Source of the DNA: an uncultured bacterium
GTDB lineage: Bacteria > Krumholzibacteriota > Krumholzibacteriia > Krumholzibacteriales > Krumholzibacteriaceae
DNA length: 64,000 nt
NCBI GenBank assembly: GCA_963786935.1
Contig: CAWBAN010000001.1
Span: 1,088,001 to 1,152,000, forward strand
Direction: 5' to 3'
The notes below the pieces were generated by a model, which did not search any database, was not told where the DNA came from, and worked only from the letters and a program-made list of their open reading frames with translations. Positions 61,662-64,000 of this stretch are shown piece by piece. The position numbers were made by a program, and so were the translations under genes. Every line of letters begins with the position of its first letter. Position 1 is the stretch's first letter.

Positions 61662-62438
61662 CTAGAGACTCGGCGCCGCCTCCGCGACGTCGACGCTCGA
61701 GCGTTCCAGCCCGAGTATCTCCTCGGTGAGATGATAATAGTCGAACGCGCCCCGCGAAAGCGGCGCGTGCTCGAAAATCGTCTTGTTCTGGCCGGGAGCC
61801 TCGCGTATCGACGCGTTCATCCGTATGATCGTCGAGAATATCCGCTCTCCGTAGCGCTCGCGCAGATCGCTGAGCAACACGTGCGACAGGCGTACGCGGG
61901 AATCGTAGAAAGTCGGGAGCAGCCTGAACGAAACGGAGTTCCGGCTGCCCAGCGCCCTGATCTCCTCGACGACCGCCGCCGTCTGCTCCGCCCCCGCGCT
62001 CGAGAGATAGTCCATGGAGACGGGGATGATGACCTCGTCGCAGTATGCCAGCGCGTTGATGTTGATGAGATTGAGCGACGGCGAGCAGTCGCAAATCACG
62101 TAGTCGCACCCCTTGAGGTGCTTGAGCGCGTCCCCGAGCCGCCGCTCGCGGTGCTCCCTGATGCCGAGCTTGAGCTCCACCTCGGCGAGCTTCCGCCCGC
62201 CCGAGTCGATGAAGAAGAGATTGTCGCGTACCTGGAGAATGTCGACGTCCCCCGAGGTGAGGAGATCCGCGAGCCCCTTCGGGCTCTCGACGCCGAAGGT
62301 CACCGCCACGCTCCGCTGGGGATCGCAATCGATGAGGAGGACGCGTCGCCCGGACAAGGACAGCCCGTGCGCGAGGCTGACCGCGGTCGTGGTCTTCCCG
62401 GTTCCCCCCTTCATCGTCATGATGGCGTATCGTTTCAT
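61662..62438 (-). CDS. ParA/Soj-family ATPase (no ParB in window)
   Basis: KGGTGKTTT deviant Walker A, LIDCDPQ, ICDCSPSL, IREAP. Confidence 0.92.
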   Translation of the reverse strand: MKRYAIMTMKGGTGKTTTAVSLAHGLSLSGRRVLLIDCDPQRSVAVTFGVESPKGLADLLTSGDVDILQVRDNLFFIDSGGRKLAEVELKLGIREHRERRLGDALKHLKGCDYVICDCSPSLNLININALAYCDEVIIPVSMDYLSSAGAEQTAAVVEEIRALGSRNSVSFRLLPTFYDSRVRLSHVLLSDLRERYGERIFSTIIRMNASIREAPGQNKTIFEHAPLSRGAFDYYHLTEEILGLERSSVDVAEAAPSL

Positions 62439-62444
62439 CGGCGT

Positions 62445-64000
62445 CTACTTCCGGCGTTTCGGGCCCTTATCGGTTTCCGAGAGCCTTTTCCCGTATTCAT
62501 CCCACCCCATTTTCTTGATGCGGCGGTCCTTGTCCTCGCGCACATCGGTGCGCTGCTTGAAATCGATGAAGATGACCTTCTCGTCTTCCTTCACGGTCTT
62601 GAGCGGCTCGAGCGGGATGATGTCCGCTTTCCCGAGGAGCGCGGTCGCAAGATCCTGCTCTTCGACCGCCGGCGCGGCCGGCGCGGCGGGGGCCGAGGCG
62701 TCCTGTTTCGGGCGGGCGGCCGGTCCCCTCGGCGCGCCCTTTTGCGTGCGGGCGGCGTCCCCCAGCGTCTTCGGAAGCCGGAGCTGCTCGAGCGCGCGAT
62801 CGAGCGTTCCGAAGTGCGGGATGAGCGGCTCGAATCCGAGGTCCCTGAAAATCTTCAGGATGCTTGAATTCATGCCGGCGAGGGCGAGCGCTCCCCCGGA
62901 GGCTCCCAGCCGCTGCATGTATTTTACGACGATGCCCCATCCGCTGCTGTTGATATATACCATATTCGAGAGATCGAGCACAAGGTGCGCGGGATGCTCG
63001 GCGAGACACCGGTCGAGCCTGCTCTCGAACTCGTCCGACGTCGACGAGTCGACGGCTCCGCCGACGGAGAGCACGATGATTCCGCGCGGCCCGTCGGACG
63101 CCTTCGCGACGCCGATCGCGAGTCCCGGCTCCGCCGGCTTCGCGGCGGCCGGCGCCGCGGGAACCGCGGCCGCCGGTTCGGCGTGCGTTTCCGCGTCGAT
63201 CGCCTCGCCGTATTCCTCCGCCGCAGGCGCCGGAACGCTGAAATTCTCGATCGCCTCGCTGAGGACGCCGAACGAGCGCATGATGGCGTCGAACCCGAGC
63301 ATGTGAAAGATGCCGTTGACCTCTTCGTCCATGCCGAAGATCTTGATGTCCCCGTCGCGCGCGCGGATATCCTTGATCCGCGACGCGAAGACGCCCCAGC
63401 CGCTCGAGCTCACGTATTCCACCCGGGACATGTCGACGACGAGCTTCACGATGCCCCGGTCGACGAAGCTGTCGAGGACCGAGCGGAGCTTGACGCAGCT
63501 CACCGTGTCGATGACGCCGTCGAGGGACAGAATCGTGATCTCGCCGCGTTCGCCGACGGTTCCCGCTTCGATCTTGAGCGCGGTCCACGGCGCCTCGGCG
63601 CCTTCCTCCTCGATGCCCCCGATCGCGCCGGGCGATTCCGCGGCCTGCCGGATTTCGAGTGGCTTGAGCGCCGCGCGGCGACGCGTCGCCTCCTCGAAAC
63701 GCCTCTGCCGTTCGACGTACGGGAGCGAAATGTATTGGATGGCCGATTCGACATCGGCGAACTGCATGATGATCTCCTGGAACCCGAGAAGCTCGTAGAT
63801 ATCGTACACCTCGCTCGACATGCCGGCGAGGACGACGTCCCCCTCTCCCTCTCTGAGCGTTTTCACCCGGCCCGTGAAAATCCCCCACCCGCCGCTCGAG
63901 ATGTACGTCACGTCCGCGAGATCGACGATGATCTTCCGGCTGCCGTATTCGTAGACGCTCTCGAGGATGCCCTCCAGCTCGCCCGCCGAGGACGAATCGA
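62445..64000 (-). CDS. Multi-STAS protein (at least 3 STAS domains), 5' end beyond window
   Basis: YISSGGWG, YVSSSGWG, YINSSGWG; frame open to the window edge (DSSSAGELEG..IVDLADVTYI). Confidence 0.9.
   Translation of the reverse strand, partial: DSSSAGELEGILESVYEYGSRKIIVDLADVTYISSGGWGIFTGRVKTLREGEGDVVLAGMSSEVYDIYELLGFQEIIMQFADVESAIQYISLPYVERQRRFEEATRRRAALKPLEIRQAAESPGAIGGIEEEGAEAPWTALKIEAGTVGERGEITILSLDGVIDTVSCVKLRSVLDSFVDRGIVKLVVDMSRVEYVSSSGWGVFASRIKDIRARDGDIKIFGMDEEVNGIFHMLGFDAIMRSFGVLSEAIENFSVPAPAAEEYGEAIDAETHAEPAAAVPAAPAAAKPAEPGLAIGVAKASDGPRGIIVLSVGGAVDSSTSDEFESRLDRCLAEHPAHLVLDLSNMVYINSSGWGIVVKYMQRLGASGGALALAGMNSSILKIFRDLGFEPLIPHFGTLDRALEQLRLPKTLGDAARTQKGAPRGPAARPKQDASAPAAPAAPAVEEQDLATALLGKADIIPLEPLKTVKEDEKVIFIDFKQRTDVREDKDRRIKKMGWDEYGKRLSETDKGPKRRK

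Overview
High-GC, mostly minus-strand chromosomal window from an anaerobic diderm (LPS-producing) bacterium. Gene content (FlgD-Ig/T9SS-like tail protein, TSP3-OmpA, DUF1844-like protein, multi-STAS proteins) suggests an FCB-type candidate lineage such as Krumholzibacteriota/Eisenbacteria; this is inference only. It holds central-metabolism genes (malic enzyme, four-subunit 2-oxoacid:ferredoxin oxidoreductase, PycB/OadA), tRNA-Thr(CGT), tRNA-Phe(GAA), an ECF sigma/anti-sigma/TolC-MacAB module, galE, uvrA, mazG, LPS core genes, purD/purE, larA and arcC. I saw no mobile element, prophage, rRNA or CRISPR array. Highlights: (1) a tightly coupled 8-gene redox operon joining a NuoFEG/HydBC-like diaphorase with no hydrogenase/FDH catalytic subunit to a GltD-ferredoxin-MvhD fusion, an HdrD-like protein and a fused amino-acid/amine dehydrogenase; (2) a cluster with five STAS domains sharing a variant GWG motif plus an orphan ParA and a TPR protein; (3) two back-to-back matching ECF-type promoters; (4) a Cys-rich AbrB-like gene resembling the hgcAB-associated HgcC at the left edge; (5) a histone-like tail on malic enzyme. 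Five frameshifts, four of them single-base losses in G/C runs, are probably sequencing errors. All family calls come from motif recognition, not database searches.
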